Shown here one piece after another: positions 37,285 through 50,704 of a stretch of DNA of 64,000 nt; the first letter of the stretch is position 1; each line of letters opens with the position of its first letter. The position numbers and the translations under genes were made by a program. This DNA comes from the human T2T-CHM13v2.0 reference genome, Homo sapiens. The notes beneath the pieces are model-generated. The model had not been told where the DNA came from and did no database searches. It saw nothing but the letters and a program-made list of their open reading frames with translations. The stretch lies in NCBI RefSeq assembly GCF_009914755.1, contig NC_060947.1; one strand, given 5' to 3'.

Positions 37285-39420
37285 TTTTTATAGCTTTATT
37301 ATTTTGTAATTTATACAACATACAATTTACCCACTCTGATTATATACTTCAGTTACTTTCAATAAATTTATAGAGTTGTTAAACTGCTCCAACAGTTCAG
37401 TTTTAGAACATTTCTATCACCCCAAAAAGTTCTTTCATGCCCAAGTGTTGTCAGTCAACACTCTCAGACCCAGCCTCAAGCAACCAGTGATCTGTTTTCT
37501 TTCACTGTAGATTTATCTTTTCTGGCTAATGCATATAAATAGAACTGTACAATGCACAGTCTTTTGTATCTGGCTTTTCTCACTTAGCATTATGTTTTTG
37601 AGGTTTGTTCATGTTATAGAATTCATCAGTAGTCTCTTTCTTTTTATTGATGAATTGTACTGCATTTTATGGACACACCACATTTTTCAAAATTCTTTTA
37701 CTAGTGGATGAATATTTGGATTCCAGTTTGTAGCTGTTATAAAAAGAATGCTTTTATGAACATTCTCTCACAAGCCTTTATGGAAAAATGTTTGTATATC
37801 TCATGGATAGATATATAGGAGTAGAATTGCTGTGTTGTGTGGTATGTTTAACTATTTAAAAATTTGTCAAACTGTTTTTAAAATTGCCTAAAACATTTTA
37901 CATTTCCACCAGCAATGCTCTAACTTTTCCACATTATTGTCAACACTTGTTATTATCTGGCTTTTTGGCTACAGTCATTCTAATGGTTGTATATTGGTAT
38001 GTTATTGTGGTTTTAATTTTCATTTTCATAATGACTAATGATTTTGACCATTTCTTCATATGCTTATTTCCTATTCCTATATTTGCTGAGCTGTCTATTC
38101 AAATCTTTTGCCCATTTCTTAATTGAGCTATTTGTCTTATTACGGACAAGAAATTGAGTTGTATTGAGTTGTGAGAATTGTTTAATTACTCTTGATAACA
38201 GTCCTTTACAGATATATGACTTGCACATATTTTTCTCCTGGTTTGAGTTGTCATTTCATTTTCTTGTCTTTTGAAACACAAAAGCTTTTTATGCATATAA
38301 AGTCCAACTTGTCAATATTTTCTTTTATGGATCATGCATTTGGTGCTGTATTTAAGAACTTGCCTAATCCAAGGTTACAAAGATTTTCTTCTAAAAGTTT
38401 TACCTCTTACATTTTGATATGATAGATGTTTAATTGATTTTGGGGTACTGTGTGAGGTTATAATGTAGATTCATCTTTTTGCATATGCTACCTCAATGTC
38501 TCAGGACCATTTGTTAAAGACTACCTCTCCTCTATCAAATTGACTTGGCAATTTATTGAACATCAATGGAGTATAAAGGTGAGGATGTATTTTGAGAATT
38601 TCAGTTTAATTCCATTAATATATATGCCTATCTGTTTACCACTACAATACTATCTTTACTAAGGTATCTTTATAATAATTTTTGAAACTAGGAAGTGTGA
38701 ATCCTCCAACTTTTTTTTTTCAAGTTTGTTTTTGACTATTCTGGGTCCCTTGCATATCCATATGGATTTTAAGAAGAGCTTGTCAATTTCTGCAAAAAGA
38801 GCTGTATTAGTCCGTTTTCACGCTAATGATAAAGACATACCCGAGTCTGGGCGATTTACAAAAGAAAGAGGTTTAATTGGACTCAGTTTCACGTGGCTGT
38901 GGAGGCCTCAGAATCATGGCAGAAGGCAAGGAGGAGCAAGTCACATCTTACATGGATGGCAGCAGGCAAAAAGGGAGCTTGTGCAGAGAAACTCCTGTTT
39001 TAAAACCATCAGATCTCATGAGACCCATTAACTATCATGAGAACAGCACAGGAAAGACCCACCCCCATGATTCGATCATCTCCCACCGGGTCCCCCGCCT
39101 CCGCAATTGGGATTTATGGGAGCTACAAGATGAGATTTGGGTTGGGACACAGAGGCAAACCATATCAGAGCCACCTGGGAATTTGGTTGCATTGAATCTA
39201 TGGATCAATTTTCCATCTTATCATTACTGAGAATTATAATCCATAAATGTGAAATATCTTTCCATCTAATTTGATTTTCTTTAATTTCTTTCAACAATGT
39301 TTTATGGTCTTCAATGTATAGACTTCCACTTGAAATTTGTTTCTAAACATTTGCTTATTTTTGCTGCTCTAGTGAATAAAATTGTTGTCTTGGTTTTATT
39401 ATCATGTTATTCACTGCCTT
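37285..39420 (-). mobile_element. L1MB7/8-like 3' portion, interrupted by THE1
   Basis: tttatagctttatt...ttagaacatttctatcaccccaaaaag...ctggcttttctcacttagcattatgtttttgagg; antisense ORF2-like sequence to 39420. Confidence 0.8.
38803..39167 (-). mobile_element. THE1 (A/B) solo LTR
   Basis: tgtattagtccgttttcacgc...aaagacatacccgag...gggacacagaggcaaaccatatca; gagc duplicated on both flanks. Confidence 0.93.
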
Positions 39421-39927
39421 ACAAGAAATACTCTATAATGGTCTTTCTCAGCTGTTTTATCTAAAATATAAATTGCATGATAATGTGTGAAAATGTATTA
39501 TACACAAATATGATTTCCTGGACCATTTGCAATAACTCTTTGTACCTTCTCCATCAGAAATCCGAGGTACAACATTTTAAAATTACTTTTTTGTTAATAT
39601 AAACAACTTGGTACCTAAAAATATAATTTAAAAAACAGTAAATATTGCTTTCTAAATTTAGAGAAATGGGATTAAGAGAAAATCTCAGATAATTTATACA
39701 AATTTAAAGATTTTCTTTGTTGGTTTAACTCCTGACAATAAACTTTTATTAGAGAGTAGAGTTAGACTTGAGAGTTATAAGTAGACAGGCTGAAAAAATG
39801 GAAATAAAGTCATTCTCATAGAGTACTTCTGTGTAATATTCTATACGTATATTTGGTTTTCACTCATGACAATAGAGTTTTATTATGGCATAAAATTAAA
39901 AACCTTTTTAACGTGCCTTGTGAACAA

Positions 39928-40550
39928 TTTATCAGTTTACTATGGCCACAACTACATCATGTGACTAACAACCACAAAATCTCAATGGTATCAATGTTAA
40001 TCATTTGTTTACCTCACAACTCGGTGGGTCAACTAATTTAGGCTGGACTCTGCTGGGCAGCTCTGCTAATCTCAGTTTTGCTTGCTTATACATGTAGGTG
40101 ATGTTTGATCTAGGCTAGGCTCATCTGGGCAGCTCTTCTTAACTCAGGTGTGCTGGCTCACACATCTGGGGGTTGGCTGATCCAGGCTGGAGTAGAATAG
40201 GCTGTTTTGCTAATGTGAAATATGCTTTCTCAAACATATGAAGATAAGCTGATCTAGGCTGGTCTCTGCTGTGGTAACAACTCTGCTCCAGTTTTCTCTC
40301 ATTCTTCTTCAGGGTTCAATGGGCGAGCCTGAGTCACGTTCTTTTTCTGACAATAGGAGAGGTCCAAGAGCAAGTGTAAACATGCAAGCCTCTTGAGGCC
40401 TAAGGTTAGAGCTAGCTCACTGTTACTTCTAACTTTTTCTACTCTCCAAAGCAAATATCATAGTCCTACACAAATTTGAGTTTGGGAGGACATTTCTGCA
40501 ACATGGACATAGGGAGGGATGAGGAATTTGAAACAACACAATATACAACA
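39928..40550 (-). mobile_element. MLT1G/H-like MaLR LTR
   Basis: aacaaccacaaaatctcaatgg...ctgggcagctctgct...gatctaggctg (repeated)...caagcctcttgaggcctaagg. Confidence 0.7.
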
Positions 40551-41569
40551 AAACCCTAAAAATAACTCATTATTAAAATTCTGAAATCATCATGAGTTTA
40601 CTCAAGACTTTTCAAACTCATATTTGAGAGTTTCACCCTTAGATTCTCTCAAAATGACCTTCAAGAATGCCAACTCAGTGTCACAGTAAGGGACTACTGA
40701 GTCTTATTATCTGAGCCTTTGTTGTGTTTTCTGTGTTTTTGGTAAATAAATACATTTCTAATACAAGGCTATATTGGTGTGCTGACCTACACAGTATGTC
40801 TTAAATGGCAGACATTTATCTAGATAATGCTTTTTAATGTCACAATGAATATATTTAATTTGATAAAAAATAAAAAAGGCTTTGTACTTTTGAAACTGTG
40901 CTCTAAGCATTTGCTAGCCGTTTGTACATTACTCCCTTTGATTGTTATACAGCTCTAATGGATGCATGTTTCAACACTCCCTCACCCTCTTGTGTTGAGG
41001 AGACTCTGAGTGGGATGTTCAGTAGTTGGTATATCATTCCTAGTTGGCCAGATTCCATATAATCACCAAATGGTAGAAATTATCTCAATGTGTTACAAAA
41101 AAAAAGAAATATTTGACATGTAATTAGACTGTACTTATTTAGTAAATTATATTGGGAGCAGAGGGAAATTGCGTTTGGAATAAATATACCAAGAAGCTAG
41201 TATTTTACCCTAATTTGTAGTTTCACTATGGTTTTCCATTCAACTGTGACTAGGAAATTATCTCACGCAGTGAATTCTAAATATAGAAAAAAAATTAAAA
41301 ACAAGAAGCAATTCATTTAAATTCTAAATTTCTTACAAATCTTTTTCTGTTGGTAAAAATACGAATAATATTTCATAGTCTAAAACCCCATAAAAAGTCA
41401 CTTGGCACCCAGATATACTGTCTTCAGAATGCTATGAAACCTAAGGGAATCATAAGTTTTTGCTATAGTTAGTGATATGTTTGGACAAGAACAAACCATT
41501 GGTTCAGTTTAAGTCCTCTTCTATTCATGAATCTGTTGATCCACTAGGAAAATGGCCACAGCTCTTTTA

Positions 41570-42320
41570 AAATCAATTCATTTTAACAACTACTTATTGC
41601 GTCCTCATTACTTCCAAGGCCCATGATAAATGCTGTACGCATCCAGACATGGTACTAGAAGGCCTAAGTCTAAGAAAGGAGAGAAAAATCTAGAGAAATA
41701 CTTATTATAAGAACTCACATTTATTGAGTGCTTACTACATGCCAGGTACTACATTAACTGTGTCATAATCATTGTGTCATTTAATCTTCACAATAACCCT
41801 AAGACATAGGTATTATCATCATTCCCATTTTACATATGAGGGAACAGAGGCTTAAAATGGTTAAGTAACTGGTGCATGGTGTCAGAGCTAGTAAAGAAGG
41901 CAGAACTTGTACTTGAACACACTTTTGTTGGAGTCAGTATTAATCACCATGGTTCAATAGGTTACAAGTACTCTTATTAGTGAAAAAATGCAATAGGCTC
42001 AAAGAGAACGAAGATATTAGATAGGAAGGAAGGAGTCATAAAGGGGTGGGGTCCTGTGAGGAGGGGAATTCCAGGCTGAAGGATACATGAGCAAAGCTAA
42101 AACTCTGCAGAGCATATTCAGGCAATGGTAAGGAATTCTAGCACGGCTGCTGCATTTGAGGTTTGAAGAGGAGGGAAAATAGAGGGAAATGAGCCAGACA
42201 TGGTAGTTTGGGGGAGAGTTTGTCTCATGTTTTGAATGCTTTTCATAAGATATTGAGCTTCAGTTTTGAAGGCAGTGGGTTGTCATAGAAGGTATTTTAG
42301 AAAAGGAGGTGATTAATTTA
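41570..42320 (-). mobile_element. L2c fragment interrupted by a MIR
   Basis: ttcattttaacaactacttattgcgtcctc; gaattccaggctgaaggatacatgagcaaag...ttgaaggcagtgggttgtcatagaagg. Confidence 0.6.
41712..41951 (-). mobile_element. MIR SINE
   Basis: catttattgagtgcttactacatgccagg...cccattttacatatgagggaacagaggctta...ggttaagtaact. Confidence 0.88.
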
Positions 42321-42759
42321 AAATTATGAGATCTCTATGTTTACATAAATGGTGACACCATGTACTATTATTCAGAAAGCTGCAAACTTCTATTATTATG
42401 GCATGCTGGTCCCAGAGCAGGTGGATGAGACAGTCAACTTAAAAAGCCCAAGATTGGGCCAGTTTTAGTATTAGACATGTAGTGAAGCTATTGAATCAAT
42501 GCTATATTAAACAATGCTCATATACAGACGTTTGTAAAAGCTAAGCCATTTGAAATTTATTTCTCAAGTGGGCAAAATTGATAGTAAACATTCAGGAATC
42601 TCAAGATTCTTTTGAGAAATGTATGGGTTATAAACTGAAAGAAATATACCACCTATAAAAGGTGTCTTCACAAATGAATTGTTTAATGAGGTGATGAGGT
42701 ATCACATTAAGGACTAAAAATGAACTTTCCTATCCTATTGATGTTTTTGTTTGTCTTTT

Positions 42760-43181
42760 TCCTTCCAGAACTCCCATCCTGAATCTCTCTTAGTCTTATC
42801 TGAATGTCTTTGCACATAGTGATCCTTCTACTTGGAATGCATTTCCCCTGTCTCTTTGCTTGATTCATTCCTAATGATCACACAAGACTTATCTTGGGCA
42901 TCACCACCTTCTCCAGTAAGCTACCCTAATACATTTTCCCCACCCAAATCTTAATTAAGTACGTATTTTGTGGTCAATCAAAGCCTCTTGTTCCCTCTTC
43001 CAGCATCTCTTACAGTCCTTCTTATATTACATTGTAGTATTATGTTTACTTTTCCATGTCCTAATGACTGTGAAGTCCATGAGTGCAGGGACAGTTTTAT
43101 TCATCTCTGGGTCCTCAATTTTTGTGTTATTTGTTCATATAACTACATATGCAATAAAATGTTTGCTGAAGGAATGAATGC
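42760..43181 (+). mobile_element. L2 3' end
   Basis: ctttgcacatagtgatccttctacttggaatgc...gactgtgaagtccatgagtgcagggac...aataaaatgtttgctgaaggaatgaatg. Confidence 0.75.
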
Positions 43182-43422
43182 ATATGTAACTGTGCAGCTA
43201 ATACCTCTGAAGAAGCAATTTGATTGCTTAAAAGCCATAAGTTTAATCCTAAATGCTCTAAAATGAGATGAGATAGCCTTTCCTTTTAATGAATGTTTGT
43301 TTTTATTTAATGGTTATGTATTTACAAGGGAAAACAAATGTTGAGGCTAAAAACTGGATGAAACTGAACTATTACAACAAACCTTACTCTGAGAATGAAT
43401 ACAAGGACAATCAAAGGATATA

Positions 43423-43970
43423 AAGTAGTCCCCCTTATCCTCAGAGGATAAGTTCCAAACACCCAGTGGATGCTGAAACTGTGGATAGTACTGATTCCAA
43501 CTGCCATCAATTGGAACATGTTTCTGTTCATGTCTCCCATCCACAAATGTAATGCTTTTTCCATCTTTCAAAAAATGGGGTACATAACAGGTGTATATAT
43601 TTACGGGGTAAATAAGATGTTTTGATATAGGCATGCAATTGTGTAATAATCACATCATGCAAAATGAAGTATCCATCCCCTCAAGCATTATCCTTTATGT
43701 TGTGTCTTTTTATCTCAACTAAGTACTTATTATGCACTGTGGTCATAAATTTTGCAATGTGAGGTATGACAGCAAAACTAGCACAAATTTATTTTTCTTT
43801 CTTCACAAGTTCATGGACAAAAGATTTGTTCTTACTGTGTATCATAGCAACCTCAGCATACGACTTTTTTCTTTCCTTATTAAGTGAAGAACTTTCAACT
43901 TTTCACTTAATGGAAACACTTTACTGCTTCTCTTTGGCATATTCAAACTGCTAGCTTCACTACTCTTCAT
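43423..43970. mobile_element. MER44/Tigger7 (TcMar-Tigger) DNA transposon fragment, one terminus
   Basis: TA followed by (c/a)agtagtcccccttatcc TIR; ccagtggatgctgaaactgtggatagtac; ...cttctctttggcatattcaaactgctagcttcactactctt. Confidence 0.75.
43567..43705 (-). mobile_element. Short L1MA2-like 3' end nested in MER44
   Basis: ggtacataacaggtgtatatatttacgggg...gtatccatcccctcaagcattatcctt; degenerate TSD cttttccatct/ctttttatct. Confidence 0.8.
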
Positions 43971-44905
43971 AATCTCATGCCTTCACTTGGAAGCTAGAAG
44001 TTAGATAACCATCTACATCTTATTAAAGTCATTGCATTTTATTAGGTCAGCTCCCAGTTAACACAGTCCAGAAATTTCATTCATTTGCATGATTTGGGAG
44101 TTTTCACTTACATATTTATCTCAACCGACATCTCTGAATTTGTTTATATATTTCTTAAGAGAGAAAATTTTATTGGAATAGCAATAGGCATTCCCAGTGT
44201 TTTTAGACCTATGCCCTCAAGACTGCCATAAGATTCAAGAGGGGACTTCCCAACTTTTAGTTACTTGAATCCCTCTCATCCCAGGATAGTAGGACTGAAT
44301 TGTCTGTGACAATGTTTTTATATTTACAGTTTAAAACCTCACATACTACACAACAAAAATACACCTTATTATCTATGATGGCATGATGTATAAAGAAATT
44401 CAAGGCCCTTTCCTACCAACAGTACCACTAAGAAGCAAGAAACTAAACATTCACATGGTATACTGAGTTGATTTATCAGTGAATTTACTTTAGGGTTTAA
44501 GTGTATTGCATTAGATATCTCTTAAGGAATATATTATCAATGCAGTTTCTTTTCACATTGTATTAGTTGTCTCTTAAAATCCAAGCATTTATGTTTAAGA
44601 CATCCTCAAGGAAGAACATGGTTTAATTACAAGGAGAAAAGCCAACAGAAACGCTTTTGGCACAGAAAATTTGCACTCTGCCAGAGTATAATTTATCCCT
44701 GCGTGTACATACATAAGAGTATAGAGTGAAAAAAAAGGGGGCATATTTTCCTGTCAGACCACATCGTTCACTGCATTCCCAGCAAAATGAAGGGAAGATG
44801 GGTTAAATAACACGTAAAGCCTAGGATTTCCACATTCAGCAGCAAAAATAAGATAAGCATTAATTAATTAATCCAACTAAACTTTGAGTACCTCTTCAAT
44901 GCCAT

Positions 44906-45351
44906 AATCTGGGGTTGGATTTCCGAGGAAGCCAGTTCTGAGATGGGCTTCATTATGCAGGATATTTACTAAGAAGTGACCTTGAGATAACATCTGCAGA
45001 AAAGAGAGGGAAGGAAACAGGAGTAGGCAGCAGGAGAAGGTGATGTTTGATGCAGCCCAGTGACAGCCTTGTACAACCCCACAGGATCTCTGAAGCTATA
45101 GCTGCCCTTCAGAAGTCCCACACCCCTCCATGGGTGGGTAGGATCAGGCATATGTAATCCTAAATCATTTACTCGTTGTGTCTTGGCCACCTTGGGAAGG
45201 GATGTGACTTTGAGCAAGGCAACCCTCTACAGCTGAGCTGATCCCTGAAGGGGCTGATTACTGAAGGCTGTTTGCGGACAGCACTTCCAATAGCTGAGAT
45301 GAGTCCTTCCCTGAAGGGGGATCTGGATAACACACCATTGTGTCTACCATA
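44906..45351 (-). mobile_element. LTR16-like ERVL solo LTR inserted in an L2 3' end
   Basis: ggttggatttccgaggaagccagttctgagatgg...ctgcccttcagaagtcc...tgaaggggatctgg; TSD gccat (44901, 45352). Confidence 0.78.
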
Positions 45352-45484
45352 GCCATGCACTGTGCTAAGACTGGAAATACAAAAATGGGCACAATTTTTG
45401 CCCTTGGGAAGGTCAAAGTCTTGTAGGGTAGATTGTCTTATAAACACACAAGCAAAAAAAAATATTTGTTTTATGCTATTTGTG

Positions 45485-45697
45485 TTATTTATTTTGTGTA
45501 TTTAAGGCACCGTTACAAACATTTACATACATTACCTTATTTAATCATCACTAGAACCCAATGTGGGTGGAACAATTAATATCCTATTTATCAGAAAAGA
45601 GGAATAAATGAATCAATGGTAAAGTGACTTGCTCAAGGTCCAATAGTAAGTGGTTAACTGATCCAGCATTCAAAGCCTTTCAGTTTGACTCCAGTGT
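45485..45697 (-). mobile_element. MIR SINE
   Basis: ttatttaatcatcac...ggtaaagtgacttgctcaaggtc...agtaagtgg...tttgactccag. Confidence 0.7.
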
Positions 45698-45794
45698 GAT
45701 AACTGTTTTTTGTTTTTTTAAAAAAAAATAGGTACTGCAGAAACGACGAAAGGTGTGTGATCAACTTTGCCTATGTTTACAGGTTTCAAAGAGC

Positions 45795-46780
45795 AGGATC
45801 TTTCCCAAACACAACACACACATGTCACTTCCCTGTTTTAAAGCCTTCAATGACTACTCATTGCCTTCTAGGACAAGTCCAAACTCATCAGCATGAGGTT
45901 TACCAAAGCTGATCTAGCCTTTCTAATTAACTGTGTGGCCTCTCTCATCCCACACCTCCTCATTCATAGGTTAAACAACTTGTAGTTTTATTAACCAAAT
46001 AAGTTGATGTTGTTTTAAACTTATGAGCCTTTGCACACACAGCTCCCTCTACTAGGAATGGTTTTACCAGAATGGTCCATGCCCATCCAAGCAACTTTTA
46101 TGTGTTCTTGAAGACTTGGCTCAAAGATCATCTGCTCTCTGAAGACTTTGTCAAATTTCCCAGTTAGGGTAAATCACTTCCTCTTCTTTAGTCCCCATTG
46201 TAGCTTGTACATAATTTTACTAAGGTTCCATCATACTGTCTTATAAATATTTTTATTTATTTCCATTTATTTTACCTGAAGACAATTATTGTGTTTTACT
46301 TATTTTTAGAATTCCAGGCTCTAGCAGTTTCTGGCACAAAGTAGGAGATAAATATATTTTTGAAATAAATGGATAAATAAGTCATTCTGGACTCCAACCT
46401 CTACTTCATTCTCCACACCCAATTGGTCACCAAGTCTTGGGTCATCTGCCTGTTAAAAAAGATTCTAAATTTCTGGTGCCCTCTTTATCCCTGCAAGCAC
46501 AGTCTCATTCAAGTCAGCAGCCTCCTAAGTGGGGTTTCTGTTTCTTGCCTTCAATCATACTTCCTCCTCTCCTTGTTCAAGCCATCTTTTGCATGGCTAG
46601 CAGAGTAATTTGTCTGAAATGTAAATAAAATTACACCAATCTCATAGTTAAATCTCTCCATGGGTCCCAACGACACACAAGATCAATTTTATATTTTACA
46701 TTGCATATATGGCCTGCTAGTTATTTGTCCCCTGCTGATCTTTGTAGCTTCATCTCTCTCATTACTCCCCCATATTCAGA
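45795..46780 (+). mobile_element. Two adjacent L2 fragments (45795-46380 with 3' end; 46381-46780)
   Basis: catgtcacttccctgttttaaagccttcaatgact...ctggcacaaagtagg...aataaatggataaat; caattggtcaccaagtctt...cagagtaatttgtctgaaatgtaaat. Confidence 0.65.
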
Positions 46781-47529
46781 GCCAGAATGATAAAAAGTGG
46801 GACTCTCAGGAAAGCTAACAATTCGATACTAATCAAGTCAGTATTTTTTCAATACTTCTTCAGCCATTTTGTCTAAGCGAGGATAGGAAGAAATTGATTT
46901 ATTAAGGATAAAATTTTATTCCTCTTTATGCTTAAGGTAAAAGATTTATGACATTAATTTATACCATACAATTTCTAAATTCTGACAACTACTTGGGAAG
47001 CAGCGTGAACCAGTTAAAATGTAGCTACTAGATAATTTCTAATTCTAAATAAATAGTCCAATGTATTGTTGCTGAATATAGGTGACTATCCTCTGACTGT
47101 CTTGGGTTTAGTTGTGCCAACTGTAGTTGGAACATGCAACTTGTGCATGTGTGTTGCAGAAAACATTTGACAATGAGAAGTCAGTACCAGTAGGAATGCT
47201 TTTTAATTTTTAGGCGAGGTACTGAGTATTTCTGTCAAAGAATGTGTGATTTCTATTTTGGCAGTGATATAATGAGTTGTAGATAGAAACATGACTTAAC
47301 TGGTGCCATCTACTACTTAATATTTTAATGTTTAATGCCCATAGTAGATTGACATCAGAGCAGCTGCCTGCCTGGCCTCTTCCTGGATATGGTTCATTCC
47401 CTACTCACCTTGACCATACCATATATATGCAAGTTTTCAACATGTCATAGTGTCCTGAACACATGCTTTTTGGATACACTGTTCTCTCTCCCTTCAATAT
47501 CTTTCACTTTCTTTTTCTTCCACTAGGTT

Positions 47530-48070
47530 TATTTTGTTTTTCTTTTTAAATTTTTTATTTTGACAAATTATAATCATATACAATTATGGGACCCACAGTG
47601 ATGATATATGTATATAGTGTGGAATGATTGAATCAAGCTAATTAACATATCCATCACCTTAAATACTAATAATTTATTCCCCTGTCTAAATGCAATTTTC
47701 TGCCCTTTGACCAACGTCTCCCTGATTCCTCTCCCCAACCCCACCAGCCTCTGATAACCATGGTTTTCCACTCCCTGCATCTATAAGTTTGACATTTTTA
47801 GATTCTACAGTAAATAAAAACATGCACTGTTTGTCTTTCTGTGACTGGCTTATTCCACTTAGCATAATATTTTTGAGGTTCATCCATGTCACAAACGCCT
47901 GAATTTCCTTCTTTTTAAAGGATGAATAATATTCTTTTGTGCATATATGCCATGTTTTCTTTATCCATTCATCCATCGACGGACACTGAGATTGATTCCA
48001 TAACTTGGCTTTTATGAATAATGCTGCAGTGAACATGGAGGTGCAGATATCTCTTCGACACACTAATTTT
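47530..48070 (-). mobile_element. L1MA7/8-like 3' end
   Basis: gtggaatgattgaatcaagctaattaacatatccatcacc...aatgctgcagtgaacatggaggtgcagatatctcttcgaca; ORF remnant DICTSMFTAALFIKAKLWNQ. Confidence 0.85.
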
Positions 48071-49154
48071 AGGTTTTCTTTTTGGTGTCATCTCTTCTGT
48101 GAAGCTTTCCATGAAGCTTTTCCTAATGCCCACCTTCAAGACACTAGATGTGGAGATAAAGTTCTCCCTCTTCTTCATTTCTATAGGGCTCTTACATGAT
48201 TCCTAGTTTTATCTTCAGTCATTGAGTAGGAGGTGTCCATTACCAGGCTAGATTATGAAGATATTTGTAAGAAAGATAAAGAGTTCATTTTTAACATGTT
48301 TAATTTGGGGTTTCTTTTAGAACATCCAAGTAGAGATGTCCAGTGTTCTGCTAAATATGTATGAGTTTACAGTTCAGATGAGAAGTGTTGGGAAACAGTT
48401 CCTTATGGTTTCTCACATTTTTGTGCATCTTGAGAGCAGAGTATTCCATGTAGGAGTTCTAGATTTAGGGGAATTTTTTTTTACCATGGAATGAAGATTT
48501 CTAAACCTACAGCGGAATAGGCCATGAAAAAAAGTCGGTAGAGGAAGGATGATTTCATGCAGAGAACTAAGAAGTGAGAGCAACAATGTCCTTGACTCTA
48601 AAAAATAATCTGCATTTAATTATCCTTGTCTGCCTAAAAAGCTTCTATTCATCCTTTTATTCTCCATAATCTGCAGAATCAAAAAGTCAACAACTCTATG
48701 AAGCCTTCCCAAATTTCCAAGAAGACAGGTTTCCCTTTCCTATGATATATTTGCAACATCTACATTAGTCTATCACTTTTCACACAGTATTATTACTACT
48801 GATTTACATGTTTGTCTTTTCTTCTGGGGCAAGAAATAAATAAATATAAAGAAGACAGTAATTTTCTGAATGTATAGTTATTATAAGTGGGTTTGATGAA
48901 AAAGGAGAAGAGAGGTATCTGCAATTGGGCTGATAATAGAGAAATGGAGGCAGATCCAAATCCAGAACAATCTTACACTGGGCAGAAGTATCATTGAATT
49001 GTGGGGCAGGGTGGAGAGGCTTAGGAGAGTTGCATGGCCAGTGAGCCAACACTCGGGCATGGCCATGGGGGGAATATTTGTGGTTCTGCAGGGGATGCAC
49101 AGATGATGATGAAGAGCAGGACATGGTGATAATATAGAGGTGGATGCTAGGTAA

Positions 49155-49350
49155 TGGCTACGTTGCTTCAGCATCTATGCTAGGCACTTTTTGTACATTA
49201 TTCTATATAATGTTCAAAACATCAATGCAAGGTAGATGTTATTGTTACCAAGAGGCTTAGAGATATTAGAAAATTGACTCAAAGTTGCAAAGCTGATAAA
49301 AGTGAAAAATGGAAAAGCCTAGGCCTGTCTAGCTTCAGATGCTTTTTCGA
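49155..49350 (-). mobile_element. MIR SINE
   Basis: tatgctaggcac...aaggtagatgttattg...gaggcttagagat...tgactcaaagttgcaaagct. Confidence 0.65.
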
Positions 49351-50371
49351 GTACACCCGTTTTTCCCTATCTGAGATTAACATAACACTGATTTATGCAT
49401 AACTGGCCAGGAGATGTTAGACAAGTGGTACACAATAAAGTATTCTGAGGTCAAATAAGTTGAGAACACATAAATAAGAAAGATAATCAGGTATATTAAC
49501 TGCAGAATTCCAAAAATTAATTTGATTATAGTATTCCTTTGTTCATATACCAAAAATTACCATCTATCATGCCACTAGCATCAGGTCAGAGTCTGGAAAA
49601 TGCTACACTCCACTATGATAGCAAATGTCACCCATGTAAAAATCTTATTTTGTTTACAGAGAAATTGTAACCAAAACAAAACTTTCACGGCCTTCACCCA
49701 CCAATTGTCACTCAGAAGTTATTAACAAGTGGATCATATGGCTCAGAGCTCCTATGAGCTAGTTCACATTATTAGTTGTCAACCTTTCATTTCATTAAAA
49801 AGGTATCAAAGTATACTTATTTCATACCAGGGACACACATTTTGCTTCTGACTAGTTCTAGATAGGAAAATGCTTCCCTCTACCTTAGAAATACTACCCA
49901 AGTATAATTATAGAGGAACAAAAAGATCTGCCAGTGATCTTATGCAAATTTTGGAAATATCAGTGTGAGTTATCTTAAATTAAGCAGACTTTCTATGTAA
50001 GAGTACTGATTACAAACTCTTTAGGGAAAATGCACTATTTGTTGTTACATAGTAGCTAGGAAGTCCACCTGCTCTTCTTTGATCACTGTTCTATTTTGAA
50101 TGACCATTTGGTATTTAATTAATCATCTTATTGGAGAACCCATCTCGCATTTTCTGCATGTGATCGTATAGGCAAAGGAAGATGGAGACACTAGCTACCA
50201 GAGGCTTCTTTGTATATTTTCATGTAGGTATTATTTCAGATGGATTGCATTTTACTCACAGCCTCAAAACAAATAAAATTTACACTAACTGCTATTTTAT
50301 TATAGGGAAGTAATACCACAGTTCCACCTGCTATTTAAAGTAAATGCATTAGAATAAAATTTTAGTTCAAC

Positions 50372-50604
50372 TTGGCATAGTAGCTAGAAGTAAAGACTCT
50401 AGAAACACACCTTGGACTCTGTCCCTTGCTAGCCAGGTGGTATGGAACAAGCAAAATATTCTCTCTGTGCCTTTGTTTCCTCAACTATAGAATAAAGATA
50501 ATACTGATCCCTGCCTCAAAAGATTTTAGGTGAATTAAATGAACTAACATATATAAAGCACTTAGAAGAGTACCTGAAACACAGTAATGCTATATAACTG
50601 TTAG
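50372..50604 (+). mobile_element. MIR SINE
   Basis: ctctctgtgcctttgtttcctcaactatagaat...gaattaaatgaactaacatatataaagcacttagaa. Confidence 0.8.
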
Positions 50605-50704
50605 AAGATTAATTAAATACAGACTTTTAGGTCTTCTCAAAACCTTTAATATGCTTGTGCTTAGTGTGCATCTATAAGAACCTAGTTGTTAAGAAGGCGA
50701 CTAG

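Noticed and set aside
48385-48442. About 55 bp resembling the start of an LTR47-like element
   Set aside because: Too short and diverged to call from memory.
49440-50700. MER103-like DNA transposon fragments at about 49445-49510 and 50615-50690
   Set aside because: Weak partial similarity with no clear termini.
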